The translations under genes were made by a program, and so were the position numbers. Under the pieces are notes generated by a model that had not been told where the DNA came from, ran no database searches, and was given only the letters and a program-made list of their open reading frames with translations. 64,000 nt of DNA from Lobosporangium transversale. Its lineage: Eukaryota. Shown in pieces: positions 23,501 to 37,227 of the stretch. Each line of letters opens with the position of its first letter. Within the stretch, counting starts at the first letter, position 1. The stretch is from positions 1,178,001 through 1,242,000 of the forward strand of contig NW_019028980.1 of the NCBI RefSeq assembly GCF_002105155.1, in the 5' to 3' direction.

Positions 23501-25963
23501 TCTCCCTGACAATTCTCTCAGCTTCTGCTTTCTCCTTGGCGGCCTGCTCAGCTACTCTCTCCTTAGCAATCCACTCGGCCACTGCTCTCTCTCTGGCAAT
23601 TCGTTTAGCTTCGGTTTCCATCTTGGCAAGCCGTTCGGCTTTTGCTTCCTTCTTCGCGACCCGTTCGGCCTCTGCTCTCTCCCTAGCTATCCATTCAGCC
23701 ACTACTTTCTCTCTGGCAATCCGCTCGGCCACTGCTTTCTCTCTAACGGTCTGCCCAGTTTCTGTTTTTCCCTTGGCAGCCCCCTCTGCTCCTGCTTTCT
23801 CTCTGACGATGCTGTCAACCTCAGATGTTCGCTCGTGCTCTTTCTTTTTTTCTCCTTCCCCCTCCTTCAGCGATTTCAGCATTCCCAACCCTTCCTGCTT
23901 CTGCTGATGTATGCGCCTTGTTCCTTCCTTTTCATCCTCGGTGCTATATTCCTTCAAGTCTGGAAAGCTTAGATCCACATCTTCATCATGGTCATTACTT
24001 GAGATGCTCCCCTCATCTGCAGAATAGAATACATCATCGCTTTCGCTGCTGTCGTCATCCCTGCTATACTTCTCATAATTGTCATCACTGCTATATCCCT
24101 CATAATCGTCATCACTACTATAACTCACATAATCGTCGTCATAAACTCCAAATACTTTTGCCGCATAAGGATCAAGCTTGTCTTTCCAGTCGTCATTATA
24201 AGCGTACATGGTTTCTGTGATCCCGCGTGTGAGCCGGTGGCCTTGCTGGATGAGGAAAGCCCGCTTTTCCTCGATGGAGGTTTCATCCATGACCCTTAAT
24301 AGCTTCTTGGCTTCTTCCACGCTCAATTCGTCATAGTCTACAACAAGCCTCCTTAGAACCCAACTCAACACAGGCATAAGAGGCTGAGAGCTGTTCCAAT
24401 ATGCTCCAATTAAGCTTCGAATACCCTTGCGATATTCTAACACTCTGCTATTCTTCCTTATGTCGATTTGCGAACCCTCTGGTCCGACATTTTTAATATG
24501 CACAAGACGTACATATATGTCCAAGAAAAAGTCGAGTTCATGGTACTTATCAATTACATCCTGAATGCGAGCCCTATCACGAGCTAGCTTTTGCATTGCC
24601 TTCTTTTGCTCCTTTGGTGTCTGTGGTAATTCATTAATATGGCTCTTGCTCTTTTTGTTGTTTCTGCCATTTTCTCTAGAAGCTTTCTGCCTCGCATACT
24701 CAACTGCTTCTCGGATTGCGACTTGGCTCCTATTGAAATCTTGGGAAAAACGACAGACCATCATCAACCGAACATTCAATAATGCTGCTTCCTCTTCTTG
24801 TTTCCTGGCTTCCGAAATACATCGCTGTCGAGCCTGTTCTAGCTTTTGGGGCCGCTCGGCTTCCTGTGCATTGAAAGTATCTATAGCAATTGACAACAAC
24901 TGGTTACGAAGGGGATTGCATTCATGTACCCCTATTATATCTTTGCTCTGGGTGAGTTCAGATTGCATCTCTTGCTTTATACGGATATGTGTTTCTTATA
25001 AGCATATGGCCATGCACCGATACCTTTTTCCTGTGCTGGCTTGGATGATGACACTGGTAATGGTGAAGAAGGTAAAGTGGAAGCAGGTTGCATTGCGGAT
25101 GGAGTGTTTAAAGTGATTGATGCTGTTTCTGCTGATTTTGCCGTCTCTGCTGGCATTGATGCTGATGTTGATGTTGATGATGGTAGAGTTGAAGTAACAT
25201 GGTTGCATGTCATACATTTTACAGTGTTCGGAACTGCAGTTGATGATTTAGATTTCTCATCCAGTTTCCACTTCTTGATCAAATCTGCATTATACTTGCT
25301 CGTGTACTTCTCAACTCCCACCATATCATTGCTCATCAGCACAGAACCACCACCTGATCCTTGATGGTACCATATAAACTTGCGACAGCCATCAACAATA
25401 ACCGAGAATCGATCCTGGAACTCTGGTCTGATCTTTGCATATTGTTGTTGGAAGTGCTTATGATCCTCTGGGGTCAGTTCAGGCAATGTGCAAGTAACAT
25501 TGTTGACTTTGATCTCTTTAGTGAACAGTCGGTTCACTCGCCACTCGTCCTTCAAATAACGATAGACATTTTCAGGCGATAAAGCATACGGAGCGGTGGC
25601 AACAAACATTTGACAGAACTCTGGAGTGTCTTTGGGTTGTCCCTGTGGCTCTGGTTGATACCTTTCGCCCCTCGTCTTCCTCGCTTCTGCTTCGGACCCG
25701 GCATTGTACTCTGCCATGAATGAAGCCGCTAGCGAGGTTGATCGCAATAGAAGTTGAAGAGGTACTACAGCTGAAGCGCCTGAGCTCGTTCCCAGTCTAG
25801 CTGCAAGTTCATAGAGGAATATTTCGAATAGAAACTCTGAAAAGTGCTCATCATTCCTGGTTCGTTGCATTGCTTCAAGGAAACTGCCCTGCGACTTATA
25901 ATCCCCTCGCTCCTCTTGCTCCCTGCCGCTAGGGCGGTGCCCCTGATACCATGGCTCGTTCAT
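20516..25963 (-). CDS. Cid1/TENT-family terminal RNA nucleotidyltransferase, copy B (~1714 aa), His-type NRM (TUTase-like); exons 25963-25024, 24931-22074, 21978-21866, 21749-20516
   Basis: Spliced frame is intact (5145 nt). PFGSYTTDLGNASSDIDICI, ICCDMN, GYLPSYAYILM, NRM CVMDPFLNTHNVA; same intron positions as copy A. Confidence 0.9.
22870..23800. repeat. 30-nt coding repeat (AEAERIAKEK/AEAEKIAKAK), ~30 units with a 180-nt higher-order duplication, TENT-B
   Basis: The start of 22941-23120 recurs at 23121. Confidence 0.9.
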
Positions 25964-26455
25964 AATGGGTAGATGGGTTAATCAATGACAATCGAAGAAA
26001 AAAAAAAGAAAAAAGCCCTTTGCTCTTCACTTCTTCCTCCTATCTGCCTTGAATTGCTTTTTTTTTCTTTTTGCTATAGATTATAAATTTAAATAGCAAT
26101 AATGGCGGTATTTACAGCATTGAATAAAAAATTAAATTATATGGAGTAAAATAAAATATAATAAATAACAAGAATTCATTTGTTAAAAGGTTTTCTTTTG
26201 CATTCTTACCAGCTCGCAAATGAAAAGTTTAATGATGTGATGTCCAGTATGCAATGCCCAGGTAATACCCATGCAATCAAGTCAACGCGAATCAAGCTAC
26301 TGTGTAAGAAAGAGAATGAGAGGAATCAGTCTGCCCTACACAGCACTGAAATAAATAGAGCTGCTTTTACTTCGCCTTTATTGTTTACATGGCTCAAACA
26401 TTGCCCCCTGTGGGCAGAAATCTTATTGGCTGAGGTAAATAATATGCATCCTTTT

Positions 26456-27337
26456 TTATTCTCCCCTTTTTGGTCCATAGTGGCGCTCCAAAACACTTCT
26501 AAAAGTAGCACCAACCAGTGGGCCGGATGAAGATGTGGTAAGAGAGCTTGTCGAAGGAGGCTGAGGCGTCGATGGTGGGGGTCGTATCTGTGAGAGCGCT
26601 TCATATTCTGCAGGGGTCATGCGTCTTGACACACTGCCACTGTTGTGATCACTTGTAACATTCGGACTATTTGTGTCCTTGTTGGTCATCGGACTTGACC
26701 CGTTAGACATTTGGGAGGGATTGGGACTGGGCATATACGTATTAGAGGTGCTAGAAGTATATAAACCTTCATGGTTGGCGGCGTTGGGGCCAGTGGGATC
26801 CAAGGCTCTAAAAGGGGTCCATGGATTTGCTTCAAGGGGTGTAGTTGCTGCTATAGGTGATGCTGTTTTGGGCATATGGATCGACCTGATTGGTGAAGCA
26901 GCACCAATTGTCCCTGCCCGTGGAGACCCTGCTGCTTTTGCAGCTGATGTAGACCCCAAAGTCGCCTGTCGAATCCGTGCAGCTTCAAATGCCTCCGACT
27001 GCATCTTGGCCATCTCTTCTTGCCGGACCTTGATCAACTGGTCCCATTGTTCCTTGGATGACGGTTCTGAAAATTCTCGCTGTTGAGGTCTTAGCTCTAA
27101 ACCTATTGCTTGTGTTGCAGGCTGTGGTTGGGTAGCAGCAGAGGCCATAGCGCTCTGGCGCTGTCGCTGCGCTAATATTGCTTCAGAAGCCTGCAATAAT
27201 GCAGACACTCGCATATGGGCTATTGGGCTGTTTGGATTAGTTGGTACAGGTTGGGCTGCTTGCTGCTGCCAGTGGTGTCCTGGTTGGTTCGAAGCAGCTT
27301 GTGGCTGTGACAGTGACTGACTTACGGATGTCATTGC

Positions 27338-27371
<34 letters not shown>

Positions 27372-28631
27372 GCGCTTGTCTGCGGGGCTGGGCGCGTAGT
27401 GGGTACCTCGAACCCTCCGATACGTCGCTTCTCTTCTTCAATCATATTAGCAATCTCAAGCATGTCTGCCTCTGTCAAGTCTGATACCTCCTCACGAACG
27501 AGTTCACTCTGTGGTATGACCCTCGTTAGTATGTCGCGGTTGCTAGTATAAAAGAAGGTGGTTGATCAGTGTCAGTTGGGGCCGTTGAAGATTAACAGTG
27601 CTTCAAAAGCAACGCAAGGTTATTTGAACTTTAGTAAAAATGTTGCTTACTTTTCAATGACTTTGCGCATGACCGGGTCCTCCATGTCAGGCTTTGCAAA
27701 CAATGCTTCAATATTCTCTTCTGTAGCCCAGATAGGCGTAGTAGAGGGTGGTGGCTGGAAATACTGCTTCATCTCTAGCTTTGTATAGCCTTTAATAGGA
27801 TTCTTCTTGTCCACCACTCTATTCGATAAGCCTAACTTGTGGAGATTCGTCTTGTACAGTTTCTCTTCCCAGGTTCCGAATGTCTGGAGACGATACACGA
27901 ACACCTTACGTGTCTGGCCATATCTGAACGCGCGAGCAATTGCTTGCTCATCGTTACTTGGATTCCAGCCGACATCGAATATCACCACGCGACTTGCAGC
28001 CACCAGGTTGATTCCTTGAGAACCAGCCTTACAGATGCCAATTTCGAATAAAATAAATAATGCCAACAGGTTCTTGTTAACATGTCGATATGTCTTTTAT
28101 ATATATTTTTTACAAAAAAAAAAATGGTCTTACCCCAGACGAAATAAGGAAAAGATCAAGCTCATCTGAATCATTGAATTCATTGATCATATCTTGGCGA
28201 TCCTATAAAGAACAAAAGAGACCATCAGCTACCGGACATAATTTTGCCCGAGTACTAACACACGATAGGACTCAAATCGGTACATGTATATAGTAGCTTA
28301 CCGTATGCTTTGTATCACCATCAAGCTTAAGAGATTTGAAATTCATTTCTGAGGCAGTATATTCAATGAAGTCTGACGATTGACGAGAGTACGGTCAATA
28401 GCCAAAAAGAAGAACGACACTGTTAACAAGGAATAAATTATAATAAAGCATTTATACTTCAAAATATGTGAAACCATACCGAGTGTAGGTATGCTACGCG
28501 TGAAAACGAGAACTTTTTCCTTCAAGACCTTGCACTCAGTTAAGATGTCCATGAGGATCTTGATCTTGTATCCATGTGAAATATCAGTAACATCTAGTTG
28601 GTTACAAATATTAAACAGTGGTTAGTTTTTT

Positions 28632-28671
<40 letters not shown>

Positions 28672-29486
28672 CTCTGAACCAGCTAATAGCATACTCCTCT
28701 CCCAAATGATATTTCCACTCCAGTCACTTGAGGTAATTTCTTTGTTCTGGCTAATGTACACGGACAAGAATGTAAGAAGAAGGTTAAGAAACAATCAATG
28801 GTAGGGATGTCTTCTACAAAAGAGGAGATGGGAGTGGACATACCTTAGGGCACGCTCCATTTGGTTCTCAGCCTCAATATCCTCACTGTCGTCAATGACC
28901 ACCGGAACTCCCTTTACTCCAGTAGATGGCACAGAAGTATTTGATTCAGTAGCGCCGCTATTCGCACTTGCATTGGCCTTGGCAAGCTTGTCCTTTTGTT
29001 TTTTCATAGCAGCCAATGATGCCTAGCAATTGGATTTTTAACGTTATGAAACCGTACCAAGAAATTACATAAATTAACTCGAAGTGTTTCATTAATAATT
29101 GTTGTCGCCGCCGTTTACCTTGAATGCTGCTGGATGGTTGCATATGGTGAGAAGAATATGACCGTTTCCGAGGACACCACCATCCCATTGGTCATTCTTA
29201 AAGATTGTTGCGATAAAAGACTAGACAAAACAAATCGGTCAATTCGAAATACACATATCAGAATCTAACCAATTCGAATCATATATGAGTAAAATGACAA
29301 GTTTTTGCTTACTGTATACAAGAAATACTGCATCTTGCTCAATTTACATGAAACAACAAACTCGGTTTTCTTAGGAAGCGACGCTCTCAGTACAGATTGA
29401 TCTCTCCTATTATTATAATACCGTGATTCAGAATAGTTGCCACACCATGTCAATCATTATGTCCAAAGTAAAATTCCTTGATTTAG

Positions 29487-29518
<32 letters not shown>

Positions 29519-29936
29519 AGAAAGAAAGAACATACCTAAACACGAAATGTTTGATTAACTCAGCAAGAACATTGAGTTTTTTCGCAGAGATCTAGCAAGA
29601 TTTAACGTTATTAAACAAAAGAAAAGCCGAAGTGTTCAGTAGTCTAGGGTGGTTATATGAGGTCCCATTTTAAAAAAACAGTAATAAAAAAAGGGACAGA
29701 GAGAATGAGAGACTGACCTTTTTTTCCACAGAGGTACTGTCAGGATATAGACCATTATTGATTGGCCGGATATAGTTATGACGGAATGTCGAAATATCGC
29801 CCAAAAACTTTGGTCGAATGAAATCGACCATACACCAGTACTCTTCTAATCGATTTTGAAGCGGGTATCCCGTAAGGATAATTCTAGAAGTGCTCTTTAC
29901 ATTCTTGATGGTGGCAGCGATTTTGGCCTAGTTTTT

Positions 29937-29967
<31 letters not shown>

Positions 29968-32900
29968 CGGATTAATCTTTCACAGAGCCAGGTCATCCTT
30001 TGATCGATAATGGATTCACTCCAGATTAAAGCAATTTGACTTACAGTCGAGGTTTTGATCGCGTGCCCTTCATCTGCAATGATAAGTGATGAGCCCTGAA
30101 GTATTAGCTGCTTGTATCGTTCGGCGACTTCAGGGCTTACTCCAGCTCCAGAACACAAGTCGCGGAATTTTTGGTAACCTAAAAGGAGTACACCTCCTTC
30201 CTTGTGCCACTCCTCAAGACATGCAATTCGACTAGTGTAGGTCCTAACTTTGAGTGCTGCAGCATTCCAAGGAGATTAGAAAAGTTAGAATGCTATAGAT
30301 TAAACCGTAATAAGTTGTACTGCTGACACGTCCCTTTGCTCAAAAGGGTTAATAAACTTACGCAGCTTATGGATCTTGATAATAGACTCGTCACCTTCCG
30401 TGATCCACTTTTTGAATTCATACTCCCAATTTGAGAGTAAAATAGGTGGCATCAATAGTAGGATTCGACCCTCCTATGAATGATCATATCAAGCTTAGAT
30501 TACATCAATAACAATATACACCCTTCACTTCATATTAAATAGAAAAGACTATAAGTAATTCGCCTTGCTCGCCCTATTACCTCGAGTTTCTTAGGAACAT
30601 CCTTGTTCCCCTGGTGGATTTCCCTTAACAATACATAAAGGAAAGCAATAACTTGAAAGGTCTTGCCAAGACCCATGGCATGAGCAAGGATGCATCCGCC
30701 ATCGAACATCACAACGTTCTTCCACATGAATCTCACTCCCTCGATCTGGTGGGGTTTAAGCTTTCGCGCTAGGAACCCCGGAATAGCCACGGGATGCTCT
30801 GTTTTCTTATGCCCAGGATTTATAAGAACCTCGTCTTTCTCAAGCGATCCGTTCGTTCCACGAATTTTGGCTCTCATTTCTTGATCTGCAATACGCTTCT
30901 TTAGCTCTGATTCATTTTTAAGTGCATCATTCCTGAGCCTTAGGACGTCGGGTGCCTCTTCTCGCATCACCTGAACAGTCCTACGCTTAGGAACGGACTT
31001 GACTTGCTTGTCGTCCTCACCAGAAAGAGCCGAACCATCATCTGATGAATCACCAAACCGGTTCCGAATGATTCGGCCTCGCTTCTTGGTTTGGCGTTGT
31101 GGAATTGTTAGCGGTTCAGTCGCCATATCCTCACCGCTGTCAATGCTTCTTTTGGATGAGTTCGATTGATTAGTTGCTCCTCGGGCTTTTCGAGCCAACT
31201 TGGGGTCCTTACTATGGGAATCAGACAATGAGAGATCCTGATCTTCTGATCTATTCCTCATCGAATGGTTCTTTGAAGGGGCGACACTAGGCTGCCGATC
31301 TACAGCCACTGTGTCATCTTCACTTGAATCGCTCTGAATAGTGATTACTTCAGATTGGGCCGTGCCCTTGTCAACCACAGCCGAGACCTTCTTCAATTCA
31401 TCCTTTTGGTATTCCTCCATTCTTGTTTCCTTTTCTTCCTGTTCCGCCATCGATTTATTAACTGAAGCCTTGGCGACCTTAGTGGCCTTAGTAGCTTTAA
31501 CAGCTTTAATTGCCTCCATCTTAGCACGCAGCAAGCCTTGTTTCTTGACCATCCTCTTCTCCTTGCACTCACGAGCTCTCTGTTCACGGCGCTCGGCTTT
31601 TTTCTGTCGTTCCTCTTCAGCCTGTCGCAATGCCGCTTCTCTTGCCTTCTTACGATATTCCTTAGTGGTGTTACCTTCGTCCTTCCAAGCCAAGAAGTCT
31701 TTGAAAGAAATGGTATCCCCGCAATCCAACTCAATCCATTCAGTATATTCCTGCCAGGCTGATAAATAAGTCCCACGATGATTGAGTCTTTTTCTGCAAA
31801 AGAAGTAAAATCAAATAAATAAATAAAAAATTAATTATCTTCTTCACAGTATCTATAATCTGAAGCATCAAATAAAATAGTAGTGAGTAATCCTCAATAA
31901 CTCACCCGCGGCTCACATCCTTTCGAATTAAACGCAACTCCCTTATGAGCGCATCGTCATCCCTCAAGGTATTTCTCCAGGTAGGATAACGCATCTCACG
32001 ATATACTGATGATTTCGGGATGTCCTCTTCCTTTTCATCTGTAGGTGACTCCTCCGGCTCTTCTGAATTTAATGACGCATCAGAATTCAACTCCAGGTCG
32101 TTGTCCATTTCTTCATCGTGATAACTGATATCTCCAGCAGATATGTCCGAAATCGTTTGCGGCAAGGTGTCTGAAGCCCCATCATGCATCTCGATGTCTT
32201 CATCTATAATCCTAAGTCCATCAAGAGATCCATCGCTCTGGATTTGGTCCATTCCCTTAGAGTTTAGAGTTTGGCCTTCTTTTAGCGTTGTCTCTGTTTG
32301 TGACGATGCGCCTTGACCTGTTGGGCGTCTTACTTCCTTGAGCTGATCATTTGGATCTTCTAGACCCTCCTTGGGTGAATTTAAAGACGATGTTGAGGTA
32401 GTGGGCGTCATGTCCTCTCTGTCTTCTTTAGCTTTTTTGCCATTCTCAGGCTTTGCTTTTGGTTCTCCTTTTTCCCTCTGCTTATTCTTTTTGCGTCGAA
32501 AATCTTTTGCCAGATTATCAATACCATCCTGTATATCGACATTAAGCTCAGAGTCGTCAATGAACTGTCGATCAAGCTCCTTCTGCCGTCGTTCCTCTGC
32601 AGCCATAATCTCTTCATCGGTGTCATCCTTTCCGGAATTCTGAATATACTCTCGATGTCCGGTTGAGTCTGAACTCTGAATAGTTGGGGATGGTGAGCCT
32701 GCTCTGGGATGTGGCGGGTCCTTACTTGATATTACCTCAATATCGTGCTTTGTCCCATCTTCTGCTCCTACCAGAGATGGTAATGGCCCCTGAATAAGGT
32801 CCAGTTTCCATTGCCACGCCCATAATTCATCCAACGTCCGATCCATGGCTTTGCACGCTTTATGAATTTCATTCGCATTCTTATAAGTAGTATCCATAAA

Positions 32901-35194
32901 CGCATCAACGATGCTCGTGAGTCGCTTTCCAGCAAGCTCATTAATTCGGCTCTGTATCCACTTGATGGCACTAGCAGGGTTTCCATTTCTCTTCAATAGA
33001 TTGTCATAAATGGTCATACGTCGGGACTCTAATCTTAATTTTGAGGAAATCTCCCATTTTTCTTTGTGAGTGGCCTTGTATTCTTGAATAAGGATCTGAG
33101 CATCAGCAGGACTTAACGCTGTTACTGTTTTGGATGATGATGCTTCAGATTTTTTGGGATGCGGTTTTAGTCGCTCCTTCTCTTCTCTTGCGACCTGCTT
33201 GTATAGCTCCTCGTCCGTTGTATATTCAGACGCATCTGATTCGCCATACAATGGCAACACAGGGTCATCGCCATTTTCTACTGTATGCGACTGCAAATCA
33301 TGTGTTACTCCTCCCTTGAATTTGCGGAAGTCTATAGAGGTAAGATCTTGCTCGCCTTGGCTCAAGTCTACCCATAGCGATGATGATTCCTTGCTTTTAT
33401 TTTTAAATACAACATCCCAAGTAGACGGGCGGACTAAATTATTAGCAGGGATTTGAGCATCCCAGAATCAGGTAGAAGTCAGTAGTCAATTCGCCATTAC
33501 AGAAAGAGACATGTTCAATATTACTTTATCAGAAACAGCTTTTGTCAGTTAAACAAAAGAAACAAAATGTACCTTCGACAGTGCCGCCATTATTGGTGAA
33601 GACTAGAACTGGAACATCTTTCTGCCTCCGTCTCACTGGTGCATATACAATGTGGTCAAGGGTTTCTAGAACTGGAGGGCTTCGTAAGATGCGTTTCATG
33701 TTCCGCTGAACGAGTAGCCGGTAGCCTTCGGGGATTGGGTTTTGTGGCGAGTAGGATGGGCGGACAGCCCAATTGTCATCACTGTCGCTTTCAAGTGCTC
33801 CATCATTTTTGAAAAAGATATCGGATATACTCGCTCCTGTACGAGAGAAGAATGAAACCTTCTTTATGGTTTGTTTGGTTTGTTTACTAACAGTATTGCT
33901 GTCACTATGTGCCGAGATAGGTTTCTGACGGCGTTGGATATAATTAACAGGCTCAAGGTCCTGTGGCGTTGGAATCGATGAAGAGCGATTAAATACAGTT
34001 GAGGAGAGCGCTGAATGGATCCCAATGGACATGTGTTGCGATGCCGTAGGCACCAAAGTTGGCATGAATCTCTTGATGCCAACATGATTCATACCGGTAG
34101 AGCGAAGGTCCCCTACCAGGCCATTATTGATCAGTTTCTTTGAGTTCCGGACCCTCAATGCTAATGGTAAGTCGTCCTCATCTGTATATGCATTATCCAT
34201 CTCTACATTTGCATCATCGTCCTCTTCATCACCGTCTTCTCCGTCAGTTTCGCCAAGCGAGATATCATCCATTTTTGCAAAGGATTTCTTGATATTTTGA
34301 GATTGTAATCGTGATCGTGGTCGGTTCTCTCGACCTCTCAGGGATTTCTCACTTCCGTCCAGATACACCTTGAGCGGCTCCTTCAGCAAGGGGATTTCAT
34401 TGAGCTCAGCGTCACCGCGTTCTGATCGACGCTTAGCAATGCCCGTGTCATTTATGCCTGACGAAACTGAGTCATGGTTATTCTTTGCGAGTGTGTGTGT
34501 GTACGTTGGCAATGCCTCTTCCAAATCATGCATATTCAGCACAGAAGTGCCTGTGCTCATTGTTGTCTCGGTTGATGATCCGAAAAGGCCCTGTGATTGC
34601 ATTGATGTATCTGACAGTCCCAAAGTCCCTTTGATTGTAGCGTTCTGTCCGTCAACTCCTTGCTGCCCCGCTTCTTCGGCTGTCTTATGAATTGCATTAC
34701 CTATACGTCCATACAGACATTAAATGAGGTTAAACGTTCCTTACGTTAGATTATAGCAACTTGCAGTAGCTTTTACCTCATGCGATCAACCAGATATGTC
34801 TTCTAATCGCAATAATGCATAACTACCTCGTAATCTCCATATGGTTTTGAGGATCTTTGCCCTTTGGCCAAATGAATTGATACCGAACTCAGTCTTGAGT
34901 GCTTCGTGGTCTAGGTCTTCAATGAGCACACTCCCGTCTACGTCATTTTCTTTGAAGTTAAAAGAAAAAAAAGAAAAAAGAAAAAGATCGTCGTCGTAAG
35001 ACATTTATTTTACTTCTTTCCCTTTTTTTCCTTTTTTTCCTTTTTTTCCTTTTTTTCCTTTTTATTCTTTTATTTCCATTCAGCTCTCTACCTTGGAAAC
35101 GCTCAAGAACCTCCTCGGAGAATTGAAAGGTCTCGCGAAGCCATTGACAGACTTCGCGGGTGCTCCAATACAGGGGGTTGCTCGGCCGGTCCAT
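26456..35194 (-). CDS. SNF2-family helicase, ATRX/RAD54L2(ARIP4)-like, with N-terminal SAM domain; many exons
   Basis: SAM: WSTREVCQWL..ENDVDGSVLIEDLDHEALKTEFGINSFGQRAKI. ATPase motifs LKPHQIEGVRFMW, GCILAHAMGLGKTFQVI, IIADEGH, LTGYPLQNRLEEYWCMVDF, GINLVAASRVVIFDVGWNP, QAIARAFRYGQ. Confidence 0.9.
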
Positions 35195-35777
35195 AGGTTA
35201 TAAAAAAAAATAAATAAATAAAGTATAACACAATAGTACTAAGAGAGACAGCAGTAGGAGGGTATTAAGCCGGGTTTCAATGTGTAAATGTGTAAAATTA
35301 ATCTGGATTAATAATGACCAATGTATTCAATCGGTCATGGAAACTACATCAACAAGGAGATCATGAAGGCTGCTTTTATCAAGTTTACTATAAATATAGC
35401 ACGTGACTTATGTACTGTGCCGCAGATTTACCATAGCACTGTGGTTTTTTTTTTTTTTTTTGACAAAGTGGGCAGGCTTTGTTTCACTGTGGACACAATG
35501 GAAGTGGACATCCTCTATAGACTCCCTATATCCCTAAGTCAGAAGATTGCATTATTGATGACGGATACGTCAAGGGCGTGACGATGCCTGTTCTCCAGCT
35601 CTCCTTTAACCTGTTTATCGTGTCATTCATGTAATAGCTTACTACGGTACACAATATTTGGTACAACCACTGCTCTTCAAGAGAGGTTTATTGCGTTAAT
35701 TCATATCTACATGGATCTCACCGGTATGTGAGTGTGTTTTTTACTAACAAAAAATATATCAGTTTAGATAACAGGGA

Positions 35778-37194
35778 TTAAGCGACGACAATGCGCATAG
35801 TATTGGTGTTTCCGTATCCTGCACGGAATCCCTGGATGACGATCACTGGCTGGCCTGATTTCAACAAACCGTGGTGAATAGCCTGATCCATACCCCAACG
35901 CAATCTGTTGTCAACATCCTCCTGCCAATCATCCACCTTGGGTTGTTCATAGATAAATGGATAACAGCCTCGAGACAAGTGAATCGCACGAGCGGTCGAA
36001 GCCTTGCGGGTCACAATAATGATGTTGGCCTGTGGACGATACTTTGAGATTAAACGAGCAGTGTCTCCAGAAGTTGAGAGGACAACAATCGCCCCGGCAT
36101 CCTGTTCATGCGCTGCAGAGACGGCTGATGAGGCTACAGTTTCAGTGGTTTCAGTAGGGCGCTTTTGGAGCATACGAAGCTCATTGAACAATGGTGGGTA
36201 ACAGATAGCAGACTCTGCAAGAACACAGGTATCAGCCATAGTGCGGACAGCCTCAAGTGGATATGATCCCTTTGCGGTCTCTCCTGACAACATGACACAG
36301 TCGACGCCATCCAGAACAGCGTTCGCGACATCTGACACTTCGGCACGAGTAGGGCGAGGGTTGTACTAAACAAAAGTAAACGTATACGGCGCCAAACAGT
36401 ATGTTAGTAGTCTATTCGTAAATGACGATATCTACTTTTAAGCAAGGTTATGAAAAAAAAAAAAAAAAAAAATACTCACAGTCATGGACTCCAGCATCTG
36501 AGTGGCACAAATAACGGGCTTGCCTGCCAAGTTGCACTTGGAGACCATCATCTTTTGAGCAATGAAAACTTGTTCACAAGGGATCTCAATACCCAAATCG
36601 CCACGAGCGACCATGACGCCATCTGTAACCTCCAGGATCTCGTCGAAATTCTTGACACCCTGGTGGTTCTCGATCTTACTGATAATCCTGATATGCTTTC
36701 CCTCCTCGCCCAGAATCCTGCGAATCTCACGAACATCATCTGCACGACGGATAAATGAAGCAAAGACGATATCGACATTGTTCTTGACACCAAACTGCAG
36801 ATCCTTCTTGTCCTTTTCTGATAGAGCAGGAAGATCCACCTCAGTCTTGGGCAGGTTAACACCCTTTCTGGAGCATAGCTTGCCATTGTTCAACGCCCTG
36901 ACCTTGACTTGGTCTCCCTCAACAGCAAGAACCTGGAATGACAACACGCCATCGTCAACGTAGATGATTTTACCTGGGGAGATGACCTTGGTAATATTCT
37001 TGTAGTCCAAGTACATGACCTCGCCTGTGCATGCTTCTGCGTACTGGTCATTTGTAGAGAAGATCATCTCGTGGCCGGCAGTGATAGGAACTTCGACATC
37101 GTCTTTCATCAACCCAGTACGAATCTCGGGTCCCTTAGTGTCAAGAGCAATTCCAACGGGGCGGCCAGGATGCTCTAGATCGTATCAGACAAGT

Positions 37195-37227
<33 letters not shown>

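Larger units (their letters stand above)
19774..33913. repeat. Tandem segmental duplication, unit 2 (gene X remnant, TENT-B, intact helicase gene)
   Basis: See unit 1; the junction is at ~19770. Confidence 0.9.

Noticed and set aside
9945..23800. Regular short repeats (9, 12 and 30 nt) as CRISPR-like arrays
   Set aside because: No unique spacers; all lie in frame inside eukaryotic coding exons.
35745..35780. SKL encoded in frame just after the pyruvate kinase stop (cryptic readthrough PTS1)
   Set aside because: TAA-S-L-L-S-K-L is followed by further sense codons, so SKL would not be terminal, and TAA-T is a poor readthrough context.
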